From Phoronis australis (Eukaryota > Animalia > Phoronida), in the NCBI GenBank assembly GCA_002633005.1, contig NMRA01000327.1, forward strand, positions 383,192 to 447,191: a stretch of 64,000 bases of DNA, written 5' to 3'. The translations under genes were made by a program, and so were the position numbers. Positions 50,698 to 63,906 of this stretch are shown here, one piece after another (position 1 is the first letter of the stretch; each line of letters opens with the position of its first letter). The notes under the pieces are model-generated. The model was not told where the DNA came from and made no database searches. It saw only the letters and a list, made by a program, of their open reading frames with translations.

Positions 50698-53146
50698 GTA
50701 ATGTATCCACAACAACTTATTTGCTTGTACGTGAGTTACATCTGTGATTTTAGCCCCGGGAGTTAATAACAGGCCTCTCCCTGCTAGCTGGCTGACTAAC
50801 TCCCTGCCGGCCATGGGTCAATGAAGCTCAGGCACTCAGCATGAATTAATGGCGTGAGGTTAAATTAGCCAATTTGTAAGAACTCAAGAAATAGAAATTT
50901 CTGTTTCATTTCTCGGTGTCATATAGTCAAGTTTGGAAACTCTGTGACTGTGATAGAGGGTGGCTCTGTGACTGTGCATTTGACTTATGGGCATTTTGTC
51001 TGGTGTGTGAACTATAGTATGTGCAACAACTCCTACGCTAATTTGTTACCCCAACGCCTAAGCAAGCCTTAGCCAGACTTTGATTAACCTGTCCTAATCG
51101 ATTAAAAAATCATAGGCAATTACGTCGCCCGGAGACGCAATTGCCTATGATTTGGCGTTGACCTGTCCTCAGCTTCTGATCGCCCCCAATAGTATTGGGG
51201 CCCAATACACTACATATAATACTACAAAGTATGACACTCAGTTATAGAAATTCCATGGGTGCTTCGATTCAGCCATCCATATCAAACACATAACTCAATA
51301 ATTTTACACAAAACAGGGGTTCAACAAACCATGAGTAATTGTTCTTTCTTATAATACCATTCACGGTGTCCTGCACCAGCGAATTCACAAAAAATTGGCA
51401 GTCAAAGCACAAAAATGCTCCCACAAAGCCCACACATACCTCGCATTTTGACGGTTTGAGGTCAAGGATGGTACGTAAATTAACCATGAGTTACGGATGG
51501 ACGGCTAAATGTAGAGTTATCGACATCGTTACTTTACGCGAATAACCGGCAATTTCGCATAAAGTCATAGTTGTCTTGGCTATACTTCATCGAAGATATG
51601 TGTAGAAGTAGAAAAGACCACTGAAGAAAGCAAGCGCTTTTTTAAGTGATAGTTTTAAGTGTGGAATGTATTTTTGACGAGGTGAAAACTCTTAATCGGT
51701 GAGCGGATTTTGCCTACCGCACGTTTAAAATATACCGGATGAAATTCGTACAGAAAGCGATGGGAAGTCCCTAACCGGCCAACTGAAGGGCTACATGTTG
51801 CCTACACCAATCAATGCTCGTGGCTTAGCCGCGATGCTGAAGAATACTAATTTGTTATCATTTCTCTAAAATAATTTTTGTATCTATCTACAGTTGTAAC
51901 TGTGATTGTACTTTTTTCTCAAAACCTTGATTGCTAAAGTTTAACTTGCTTAAACTATATGTGAACAATGGTGTTTTAATGGTAAAGATAATCCCAGGTT
52001 TACTAAAATTAGTACTGTCATCCTATGTTTGAGCTCCAGACATTTGTCGTGGGCATGAAAACAAATTAAAATGAGACACGCTGAGCTGAATGGTGTAATA
52101 GGCAAACAGATTTGTGTGATTAACCGATATATTTGATCCTGGGTAAATGAGGGATACAGGATTTTGAGAACCAGTTTGACGCAATTTGTCCAATGGAGCT
52201 AGGTTATTGCAAGGTTCTCAGTTCCTGTTAGTGACTGATATGTTGGGGCTCCTCTGTGGTTAAAGCACTTTTAATGCATCGTGATACTGAATGAGTAGAC
52301 CCCTATCAATAAAATTATATATTTGCTCTCTGGAAATGCTTTTTCTGGAGAGGGAGGGTTTGCAGTTGGGATGTTAAAAGATATACAGGTGTCAACGGAA
52401 GTATTCTAAAATATTTTGCATTGTGTAATTGTGTAGAGATATGAACAACTACTACAGATGACTCTTATTACAGCGAACAATTTTTGGGGGTTTTGGTACT
52501 ATACGTACAACTAGTTGACTTTGTACAAATTTCAAAGTTTATGTTATTTCAACAGAAATGATGAACATAAGATGAAGTGGTTGAGAAAGAAGTGCTCATT
52601 CAGTGGAGCACACAATGTCAGCTAGACTCTGAAAATCATTTTCATTATTTATCTGCTGTAAAAGTCAAATTTGGCATTGTAACTTTTGTGGCATGCAAAC
52701 AAGTGGGATTTCTGGTACACAAAAACACCAAATAATTCTCAACAAAAGCTTTTTTGGTATTTGAGTTATTTTTGTTAACATTTTTGGGACATTCTGTATA
52801 CCTATGGTCTGTGAGAGATTTGACGCATAATGTTCCCCTTTTGTTTTGAGGTAGACAGTGTGACAAAACTATTAGTATATAGCCACATCCCAAAATACGA
52901 TAGTGTATCTCTGATTCAGTAATATTCACCCACAATGCTTCATACCCACAGTTGAACACAGCTGCTGTTCCAATTCAAATTTCACAGTAATCCTTTAGTA
53001 CTTGTTCAATGTTTAATTGTGTTTCTTCTATTGACATGGTCAGTCCTTGCTTCTTTGTTTTGTGTGAATAAAGAACTCTGTTTTTTTCTATTCTCAGTGA
53101 TGTCCAATGTTCTCTTATATGGAGCCTGTCAAAAGATAAACCAACT

Positions 53147-56100
53147 ATGAGTACAGGTAAACAGAGGAACCTGAACCAGCTTCTGGAATCAGTCCAGAAT
53201 GCCCACCGTAAGGACATTGTGGACTTCGCAGGAGGTCACTTGAATGAGTCTCGCCTCTACAAACCTCCAACTTCATGGTCATATGAAGGATGGGAAAGTT
53301 CAAAGAAAGAAGACATTGTTATGAAGCAAAAAAGCAAGATCCCGCGTTCTAAAAAGAGTGTCATGCGACGGAACGATATGAAAGAGACAATGGTGCAGTT
53401 TGCCACTGGTACAACAGGGACCTACTTGCCACCCTCCCCAGTGGAAGCGCATGTTGCGGGAGAGATGGACTCTATATCGCCGGACCAGTATGACAAAGTC
53501 AGAGATAACCGGTTAATCACCGAACTGAATATTGGGGAAATTATGCTTCCTGGAGCCAGAAGTTATCGCACGAAAAGTTGGAGTGAGCAGGACTTTGCTC
53601 CTGAGGAAATATCTAAACCAATACAGACTCAGGGAGATTTACGGGCTAAAAACTTAGCTGCAAAGAGCAGGCGGGAGTTTGTTCCCATTCCTGTTGGTGC
53701 AGCAACAAAAACAGATCAATACAGATCTCAGAAGAGACTTGAAAATGAACTGATTTGTAAGGCTGAGGCTCAGGAACGAAAAGTGCTACAAGGATCAAAA
53801 TCTGCACAATATTTAGAAAATAAACTGAAAGCTAATTTGGAAAGTCTAAATGAAGCTGGATACGGTCCAAACTTTAACAGACTTCAGGTAGGTGTCTGGT
53901 GAATTTACTCATTAGACTTCATGCTTGGCAACCAAAAGATACCGTTCAAATGCTCGTTGTTAGTATGCTGTTACTGTGTGTTCAGTTTTGCCATCAGTTA
54001 ATGAAAATGTGGAAAACAAAACCTAATAGCTCAACTGCACAACGGTTTGTTTGTGGGTTAACAAGAAATCAATACATGTTATTGATTTTTAGCTCTTGAT
54101 TTATGTACACTGCACTGTGTAGTGATATTTTGAAGTGCATAATGGTAGTTTGTTAGTTGAAGGCAAAGTTGTGAAGCTAAGCTGGATTAACATCAGCTGT
54201 TCATGCAGGTTCATTAATTAAAAAGTAGAATAAACATTTTTATGTAAAACTAAAGCCCCCATCTCTTAATCGTGGGTCAGCTGTTCATCAAAAATTTGGA
54301 GAGAATTATAATCTTCTAATTAAAGTTTGGCTTTTTTTAATTGCACCATATGTAGTCAGAGTGTCATTGTTGTATTAAGGTATGATAGTATTTAAGATAA
54401 ACAAATCTGTACCTTATGAATAACGTTTTGGAAGACTTTCAAGCTATTATTCTGTTTCAGGTCTACGTGGATATCTTCCATGATTTAATAAATGAGTCTC
54501 CAACATTTGGCCATGTTCTGAAAACTATTCTTGATGAGTACAGTGACTATATTGACTTCCTGGTTGAAAGTCATCCAAATCAACATGGAACTCTCAGAGA
54601 ACAGGTCAGTTGGTCATTTCAAAACAATAAGTGTGGGTAATGATTTCATAACCTTCTGAAGTGAGAAAGGGACATAATATCTAAGACTTGTTAAATGTAA
54701 TTTCTTTGCTATGATACATTAATCTTTTCGTATTACAGTGTGAGAGGTTCCACACAAAATTTTGCCGCTTATTGTATCTGAAGCTAAACGTAGTATTTTG
54801 CAATTCATTCCAATATGGGAACTATTTTCTTTTCAGAAACATTCTCGTACGACTCATTTCTACCAAGCCTTTAGCCACTAGAACCTTCAGACTACAATGT
54901 ACACAAATGGGTAAAACTGGTCTATTACCAGTGCAAAAAGCAGCAGTCTGACCAACGTTCAGAGTTTTGAAGTGACTTTTTTTGATACCAGCTCCTAGCT
55001 TATGATATTTCTAATTTTAGGTTGACAGTTTGGCTTCCAAAGGTGTCTCAAAGCCTCTGGATCTGGCCAGGGAGCGTAAAGCTGTGAGTGACTTGGAGGT
55101 CAAGGGGAAACAATTGCTGGATGCCAACGAGAAGTTACGGCGAGAAATTGAAGCAGAAGAGCAACTGGTATCTCAATTGGAAGGCAAAAAGCCAAAAAGA
55201 ACTATTACTGCTTCGTATCAGGTATAAAACATTTTTCAGATTATTTTCTTGAATTCACCCAGTAGATAGTATCAAATAGTGACACTGACAAAAGTTGGAT
55301 ACAACTGGATCGAGAGATTTTATACAACTTAAGGGTCGAGTATATTAACTAGAACAACCGTTCCGTGAAACTTGTCCGAGTTAAGCAAAAATTCAACTTA
55401 GGCATGCCCGAGTTGTGCAAGTTTTATTTCTGTCAGTATTTTATACTAACAGCAGCTTAAACTCTGCAACAAACTATTGGCTTTGAGTTTTGATTTCTAC
55501 TCACCCTGTTGAAAAAAAAATTGATGCAAATATTGTTTTGATGAAAAATAACAACGAGATGATACAACATTTCTAAGAAATTTTGCTCTCTAGCATGCCA
55601 AGAATTGTACGATGACACTTACTTTACCTCAAAATCCAACTGCTGCCTACTGGTTTTGTAATTGGCCCAATTATGCCGCACACCTAAAAGAATTGATGAG
55701 AAACAATATAGAGGCAAGATTGTACAATGAAATTAAAGTTTTAGTTTGCAAAGGTCACATTTCTTGACTGATTTTCAAAATTCAAAAACTAGTAACCACG
55801 TGTACTTTTTACAAAATTTTCAAATATTCTATTAAAAGCTTTCAAGATAAAAATTTAAAAGATATTATTGTCACCCCTATGTGTTTATGATGGGTATGAT
55901 TATCTAAAGAACAACTACATCAACAACCTGAGACAATGTACTGCAGAATGTCTTTGATCATAGTGGCAGAATCCAAGGTATGCAAACTGGTCGAGTTGCC
56001 CAATCTCAACTGGTGACGGTGTCAACGTACCATTCTTTTCATGAGACAGATGCTCTTGCACAGCGTTGGACATGCTTTTGGAGTATTAAGTAAACTTCAT

Positions 56101-59100
56101 ATCCTTACCTTTACAAATTTTGCAGTAAAGGTAAATTGTGCAAATTTAACACATTCAGGTGTTGATTTGATAATAAATGATCTAACTTGCTATTTTTCTT
56201 GTTGTTAATCAATATCAATATTGACCTGTCAGCAACGATACGAAGGAAATCGAAAGGTATCTCCCTTGTGGTCAATGTGAACACTTGTGTCTTCCAGTAC
56301 GTTTCTTGGTATACTTTATGCTATATTGGTCAATTAAAGGTCCATTAGTCCAAGCTGTAGAGAAGCCAGATTGGGTTGAAAATAATATTCATTTGTTGAT
56401 GAACACTCCACTGGGCTTCATGTATTAAATTCAATTAATGTTAACTTCACTGGCAAATTCATTATGCTCAACTTTGTTGTAGCTTTTCATTTAGTTTTCC
56501 TACCGCCGTGGATGATTAGAAACATAGAACAAACCACTGAATCAACGTTTTGTTTTTAATTTATTAAATTATCTGTGCCAATAACTTGGCTTGTGGTCCT
56601 TTAATTACCAATGGTGTGGTGGCTATCCATTTTGTGACACTCAGTATGTTGTGGCTATCAGGAAATGCATGAAAAGTGCTTAGTTCTGACTTGTCATGCA
56701 TAACTTGGAAAGTGATAGTTTTCATATATGCGTTTAGTGAAATGAAAAACGGCAAATTGAACAAGATAGCATAAAAACGTGTAGTTTTGGGTGTGGTATT
56801 GTGAGTTCATACGTTTAGAATTATGCTTGGCAGCAACAAATTGCAAAAAATATTATTCATCTAGGTTTGTAAGTGAAACAAACTTGTGAAACACTTTAGA
56901 AAAACAAAGCATAAGTAAGAAGTAGGAATTAGCATTTATTGCATGTTTGGTTTTAATGTGTCAGGGTGGATAAATGTTTTGACAATGGTATTCTAACTGG
57001 CAATAAGGTCTTCAGTTCTATTGTGTAAATCTTGAGGACGCTCTGTTGACTTTGCATTACTGTGGTAGTATGTTGTAACCTACACTCCCTGTAGTTCACT
57101 GTAAACGAGTTGTTATGTTCACTTGGCTTTAAGAGTCTGTTGTAATTTTCATTGTTTAAAAATGTGTCACAATGGCAGGTTTGGATGTTTTGTTAAAATC
57201 TGAAGTTTCTTGGACCCTAGGAATAAATACTTTATATGCTCATGCATGTTGTAAATATAATGTCCATTCTGTCTCTGAATGCACTGAAGTGAGATGTCAA
57301 TGAGCAGAAAACGATTTGTTGTTTTTAACAGGAACGTCATGATATTACGTCATTCACATTAGAAGAAAAAATTGAAGACCTCCGAGCCAATATCCTTGAG
57401 CGACTGGATGAAATTAACAATTTAAAGAAGACGCTGAACTCAGAGTATGTGCCTGCTAGTGTCTGCCTTCACCTACAGAGTTGTGTCAAAGATACCGAGG
57501 TATGCAATTTTGATGTTCAACCTCTTCGTAAACAAAGTGATAATTAAATTTTGACTATATCTGTGAAGTTCATCTTGGAATATATCACATTGAGAAATTT
57601 ATACTGCAAATATCTGCGTCAGTGTCCATGCTTTTCTCATGTCAAACTAAATGGCTTGCCAGGCCAACAAAATCAACCAAAAATCTAAATTCAAATTCAA
57701 CAAAAACGTTTTATTATGGATGCATACAATATATACGCACTGAAAGCTAAGGTCTTTACAGAAAATTGCGACCTGATACAGAGTACCGTATTCGCCTTAA
57801 TAACCGCCCAGGGCGCTTAGAAAAGTTTGGTTCAGGGGGGGCGCTTATTATAACCCAAGGCGGTTGAAACCCGGTCTCCGAAACGGGTGAAATCGGAAGC
57901 TAAGATTCATCAAATTTACGCTCTGTGACGGATATGTAATCTATGAAAGACTTTCAACAAAACTGTGGTGCATTGCTATCAAACTTTGCTGCTAAATTAC
58001 GATCACTGTACAGAAAATTGTGCTGAAATCCTAGGATGAAAACTCGCCGACTGACTGCCTCGAAATCGCGGTCTTCGATATGGCAACTTTAGTGCTTGAA
58101 TAAAAATGGTTTCGACTCAAGCAAATTACCTGAAATCCTCATTAAGTTTTATAAGTAGCGTCTCTAAGATTTTTTAAGTTCCCGTGCAGTCTGGGTTAAC
58201 GGCAGGTTTAAGTACAAATCTGCAACATCGTGCCATCTACATGCATGATTGGCAACACGGCGAGAAAAATGTCTGAACGAACACACATGTTGTTGTCTTG
58301 TGACGTTTGTTTTGAAGTTCGTCTGCGACTAAGCGAGCGCGTGCGTGTCACCAGAGTTTATTTGCCAAAGCAGACCGTCTTTTGCCCAGAGCCACGCAAT
58401 CTAACTAGCTAGATGTGTCTAAAGAAATTTGCACAAGCAGTAGGCCTAAACCAGAGCGTATTTCATTCAGCACTTGCCGGTCTCGTGCTAAAAACTTTCG
58501 ACATTTGTCTCGGTAAGGCCCATATTAGTCGCCGTGTAGCTGGATGCTATCTGACAGTTATTTTCGGTGTAAGGGTGTGTAAGCATTCACTGTCAGTTGT
58601 CATTTTATCGGATATTCGGCTCAAAAACGCCAATTATGGTTAATCAAACAATCCATCTCAAAAATAACGCAAACATGTTTTATAGTATTAGAAATTGTCG
58701 GAAATTAGTGCCAACATTCATTTCTTATCGATGCTATGCTACCCGTTTCATGAATGGATAGTTCCCGACTAATGTCTTTGATGACAAGTTCATGTATGTA
58801 GCGCGCGCTTCCTGGCCACGTGCGTTTAACACCGAGTTATTTTTGTTCATGAGACAGTCGATGTGTTTACTGAAGGGTCAGACCATAGTGAGACACGGGC
58901 GTCGCGAGAGCGTAGCGACGCTGTTGCGTTCTTTTTGAAGCGCTGCGTTACTTTGAAGTGTAAAGTCACGGCTAAATACAAAAGTAGCAGTGCCGCTGGT
59001 GGTCTAGAAGACCCGTGCAAAAACTTTTTGATAAATTGACGTTACTGTAGCCGAGTTTTAGGACTGTAGGTACGTCATTGTTCGCATGTACATGTTCATG

Positions 59101-61859
59101 GACTATTTCAGCAAAGTCTGAAAACGCGTGGGGGGGCTCTTATAGGGGCATGGGCGGTTATTACGGCGAATACGGTATGTGTTTTTTATTGACTAGACAA
59201 TCATCTGCTTGCAGCATTCCTCAACTCTCCGTTCCTGCTTTTTGCGAGATAGTCTTGCCTCAAGTTCTGCAAATCAGCACAGTTTCCACCGTTATTTCCC
59301 AATGCTGTGATCAACATGGAGAAATGTTTCTTTTCCAATTACAGTTCAGAAGCTAAGATACGAAAATAGACCGAGAAAACTAAAAAAATCATTGAAGCTT
59401 AAACGCCGTACTGCTGCACAACTGTTCAGGGAGTCTTTCAATTTTTAGATTAACGGATGGATTGTTTTCCGACAAACATTTGATATTATTAAATGGTTTA
59501 AATTAGTGCTTTAACTTGTATATTCCACAAACTGAAAATTCTTTTCAATTTATTATGAAATAAAATTTTATTCAACACTTTCGCAGATAATCTTGTCACT
59601 TAACTGGCATGGGTACCATGCTTGGCATACATACGACGTCACATAACAAGCCAGAGCACATGGCAACAAGATATTGCCGCGATGAAGCAAATAATTTATA
59701 GGCTATATGAGATACATAGGTAATCCCACATACATATAAGAATAATACTGTGACCTCCTATCTTGGCTTCATTTCATCTGGGAATGCAGTTCTAGAATTT
59801 TGGCTGATATTTTTCAACACATGCAAAACTCAGTAAGAAAAACATCAATTAGATAGTGCCCATTCAACTTATATGTTGGTAGGGTGCTGGGGTAGATACC
59901 AAATCGTAGCAAATTCTTTGAACTTGGGGTCAGTGGACTTCAATTTCATAGGATATGTGTGGCTAGGGTGACTGTTTTGAAGATTTAAAGCAACTGTCTT
60001 GAGACTTCCAATTAAAGTGCTCAACTCTGGTTTAAAGGATACTAAACCCTGTTTTGAGGATTTCCACCACTTCAAAATTTCCTTCAATAAGGGTTTTGTC
60101 GAGGGTTACGGAACATTTTATTTCTTTTCAGAAAACTGGATACTTTAGGAAAGTTGTTTTTAGTATATGTTAATATAGGCCAAAACCGGGTTTGGTATCC
60201 TAAGCTTTTAATTTCACACTTTATTTCCAAGCTCTTGTTATTTAATTGCCCATGGCATTAACCCGTGTCTAAGGTGATCTTCATGCTACGTGGCAACTAG
60301 CAAATGTGGCCATAATCATTAGTGATGGAGGTAAAGTTCTAGCTTTGAAAATGTGTTGTTTATGGTTTACATGACAGCTGGTGTTTCATCTTGTTGTTAA
60401 AGCTAGTTTCACCTGTCCATATTTGGTGGCACTGAGAAGAAAACCCTTCTCTTGACAGAATTGGTGATGGGGGTACCCTTCTCTGTGTACAAAGTGACAT
60501 GACGATTTATATAATGTTCTATCACCATCAAACTGGAGAAATATATTTACAAGACACTTATGATTTCAGACGGAAGTTCAACGCCTAATAAAACACAATG
60601 AGCTAATTGCTAATGAGACAGAGGAATTGGAGAGGGAACTTGCTGAGTGCATAGAATTAGTTGGCGGCGATGAAGAGGATCAGGAACGAATGTGGAGAAA
60701 GGTGGGTTACCATGGGTAGTTTACAAATGAACGCACTGATCTGCTCTAATGGGACTCGAGTTGGTCTTGCACTAATGTCTGATAACCACTTAGCACAGAA
60801 TATGGCATGCATGTGGGATTTTATTACTGTGAAATTTCTTAAGAAAAATAAAGTACATTTTCAACACAAGTATTAAGAAACAACATCCGACTCTCTCAAT
60901 AGGCCATCGTTTGAAAAACCATTAAGAAACAATGTCTGATGAACATTTGGTTATCCATTGAAGTCATCTTTTTATAAATGGATTGCGTTATTTAGGGGCA
61001 AAGTAACTGAATTTTTGCTGGCCATATTAAATGGAGAAATCCATTTTGATCAAGTTGTGGTGGGTGAAGAATCCTTGTGATCAAAGAGGTCGCTTATCAA
61101 CATTACCCATAATTACTCTTCTAGAAGTCAATAGATTTTCGGCAAATTTTGTTGAATTGTCAAAGACAAGGAAGCCTTTTTTTTCTTTCAGATATTTAGC
61201 ATGTGATTCAGTTACTTTTAAGGTTGTGTAAGACCCTAGAAACTGTCCAACTGTGATGTTACTTTGAAACATATCTCAAAAATGGCTCATCAGATTTATT
61301 TCACACGAGATTTTCTCATAGTACTCTTTATGCTTTGCTCCCCAAAACACAGATTTTTTTTATTTGTTCCACCTTTGCACAAAAGGGGCAATCAAAAACA
61401 ACTGTTATGAAAAAATAATTAAAAGTAGAGCAAAAAGAAAACAAAATAATTTAGAAAACTGTAACATTGTTTTTGAGTGCATCTTGAACAATTATATCAA
61501 ATGAAATTTGGACGTCTTATGTTAAATGTACCTTTCTTCTAGCAAACGTTCAAGTCACATGACCCAATGTATGAAAGATTGGAGTAAAGTTAAAATCAAA
61601 ATCTACAGGCTTTCTATTTTCAAAGAATACACACTGAGTTAATTTCTATGGTTTTGTCGACATTAGCGAATGTGGTGCCCGTTTGAAAGACAACAAATTT
61701 GTGAAGTTCTATTTATTGTAAAAACACTTGATATTCCTTGTTTTGGAAGTTTCTTTAAATTATTTTTACTTCCAGATTGATGGAGATCCAACTGACCCTG
61801 GCTACTACTCCCCGCGATCAGAGGATGACGACAGCAAATGGGCATTCTACATATCCTAG
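53147..61859 (+). CDS. C6orf118-like uncharacterised coiled-coil protein with a TSNAXIP1_N-type segment (~489 aa, 6 coding exons)
   Basis: Exons 53147-53887, 54461-54604, 55021-55221, 57332-57499, 60570-60701 and 61776-61859 join in frame (1470 nt). N-terminal LLESVQNAHRKDI..FAGGHLNE..LYKPP, ATKTDQY, GPNFNRLQVYVDIFHDLINESPTFGHVLKTILDEY, then coiled coils. Confidence 0.78.
57786..59175. mobile_element. Non-autonomous Tc1/mariner-superfamily (pogo-like) DNA transposon, ~1.39 kb
   Basis: TIRs CCGTATTCGCCTTAATAACCGCCCA / TGGGCGGTTATTACGGCGAATACGG flanked by TA on both sides; CpG-rich interior; no transposase ORF. Confidence 0.85.
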
Positions 61860-62754
61860 ACACGCTACAGTCCGCTGTAGAAATGTATAGGATCTACTAA
61901 GATCTTGAGACTGAGTGGCAGCTATTAAGCCATTAACTTATCAAAGACATAATATGTGCTGGGCATACTATACTTACAAAATGTTGCATAGTGTATCAAT
62001 AGAGCAACTGTGCTGAGAATTTTTGTGTTTTGGCCACGGAAGAGTATGCAGTATGGAAGATACATTAACAAGGACAATTATCACGGCCTCATGAACATTT
62101 GTTATTAGTGCTCTGTAGTTGACGCATTGATTTTGCTTTGCTTAGTGATATATCATGAGGTCAATGTGTTTTAATTTGTATTTTCACAAAATGAACATGA
62201 TAAGATCCTGGCATGTTTTCAATTTTATTATAATTTTACTGTTAAATACAGTCTCAAAAACATGTAATAAATAACAACACATTTGCTATTTTCATCAGCT
62301 TAAAATCGTTGCATCTTTTTTAAAAATACTCCTTTGTATCAACTTGCCCACTGAGCCTATCAGTTGACCAGTTTGAGGATCTTTATGCAGTGCTTGGCCA
62401 TCAGGATATGCTTACAGAAATTTGAATATACTAATGGGCCAAGCGAGTACCCAAGTTCCTGAACCTTTTAAAATGACTTGTACCCAGTTATCCATCAAGG
62501 AACGGGCACTAATAGCGACTGAATAGGGGCTGGTTTAATAGTGCATGCTCAGGATATAGACTTGTCATCTCTCTCCTTAGTAGTAATAATCACCACTCCA
62601 AAGATTTGAAGCACAAGCACTGTTCTTTTAATAAATAATCCATCTGGTAGACTCGGTAGTGGAGCAAAAGTTCTCTTTTGCTGGTAAGGACCACCACTTG
62701 GGATCTGAACCAGCCATGTCTCTGGAGATTCGAAAGACAGGAGACCACACAAAG

Positions 62755-63179
62755 TCATCTTTTGGTTCCTTCCAGTAGTCTCAGAGGTGCAAATACCCTC
62801 GTTTTGTTGGTCTCGGCTATTTGTCCATTCATGATCATTTCATCCAGAATGAGGTGGACCTTGTCTAAATTAAACATGAGCTGAAGATTGACAGTTAAGG
62901 AAATACTGCGAGGAGGTTTGGAAGATTGCATAAAAATCATGAAAAGATTCATAAAACTGAACAAAGTATGATAAGCTTTTTTAAAAAAAATCTTTGAATT
63001 AAATTATTAGGCATAGATGCATTTTTGCACACAAAAATCATACCTATAAAACTGATCAAGGTATAAATGACAACTGGATGAAGAAATGTTACGAACATTA
63101 CACAGCATCACAACTGTCATTAACAAAAGGCAGATTTCCTTCTAAAGCAATATTTTAACAAGGATACATCAATTTCACT
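62755..63179 (-). CDS. AP4S1: AP-4 complex subunit sigma, last two coding exons (gene continues beyond the window)
   Basis: 12-nt micro-exon 63179-63168 (SEID) plus exon 62880-62755 ([41 protein letters not shown]), matching the AP4S1 C-terminus recalled as [20 protein letters not shown]. Confidence 0.88.
62881..63167 (-). other. U12-type GT-AG intron of AP4S1
   Basis: 5' end GTATCCTT; branch site TTTCCTTAAC followed by 13 nt ending in the 3' AG. Confidence 0.92.
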
Positions 63180-63324
63180 CTGAAAAATAAAAATAAATCA
63201 ATTCATGATTTGAAGAGTAACTGCACAAAGATTCCAGCAAAAATGGAACATGACAAATCATAGATTTTGATGACATACTGTTATTTTGTGAAAACAAACT
63301 GCCACAGTTTTCAATAAAAAAGTT

Positions 63325-63906
63325 GCAGTTTCTTGGAAAGCTGGGCCCCTGCAAATCTGTGATTTGTTAGATCAGGTGTCATGAGGGGTTTTCATCAGTA
63401 ACCGTTTCTAATAAATGAAATAAAAGCACTACAAAGACACAACAGTAACAGTATTAAATTTAATGATCTTTGTACCCACCTGAAGCAGAATTCTTGAGTC
63501 ATTATAACATTTAAAAATGTTATTAAAGTCATATGATCCGTTTGTAGACGTTTTAAAAACATCGTGAATCTGCATAAAAACCATTGAAACATACTCTCTG
63601 ACACTTAATTAGAACTTTTCGTAAGTATGGGGTCGATCTGCTGCCTGTACATATTTTTTCTTTTATTTTTTATTTTCTTAAAATCTGCGTGATCAAAACA
63701 AACGAANGCAGTTTCTTGGAAAGCTGGGCCCCTGCAAATCTGTGATTTGTTAGATCAGGTGTCATGAGGGGTTTTCATCAGTAACCGTTTCTAATAAATG
63801 AAATAAAAGCACTACAAAGACAGTAACAGTATTAAATTTAATGATCTTTGTACCCACCTGAAGCAGAATTCTTGAGTCATTATAACATTTAAAAATGTTA
63901 TTAAAT
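63325..63906. repeat. ~200-bp direct duplication around an N (63325-63527 vs 63708-63906), likely an assembly or haplotype overlap
   Basis: Near-identical copies differing by a short indel; the second copy starts immediately after the ambiguous base at 63707. Confidence 0.75.

Noticed and set aside
63325-63906. Recent tandem segmental duplication in an AP4S1 intron
   Set aside because: The second copy starts exactly at an N, typical of uncollapsed allelic contig ends; treated as an assembly artefact.
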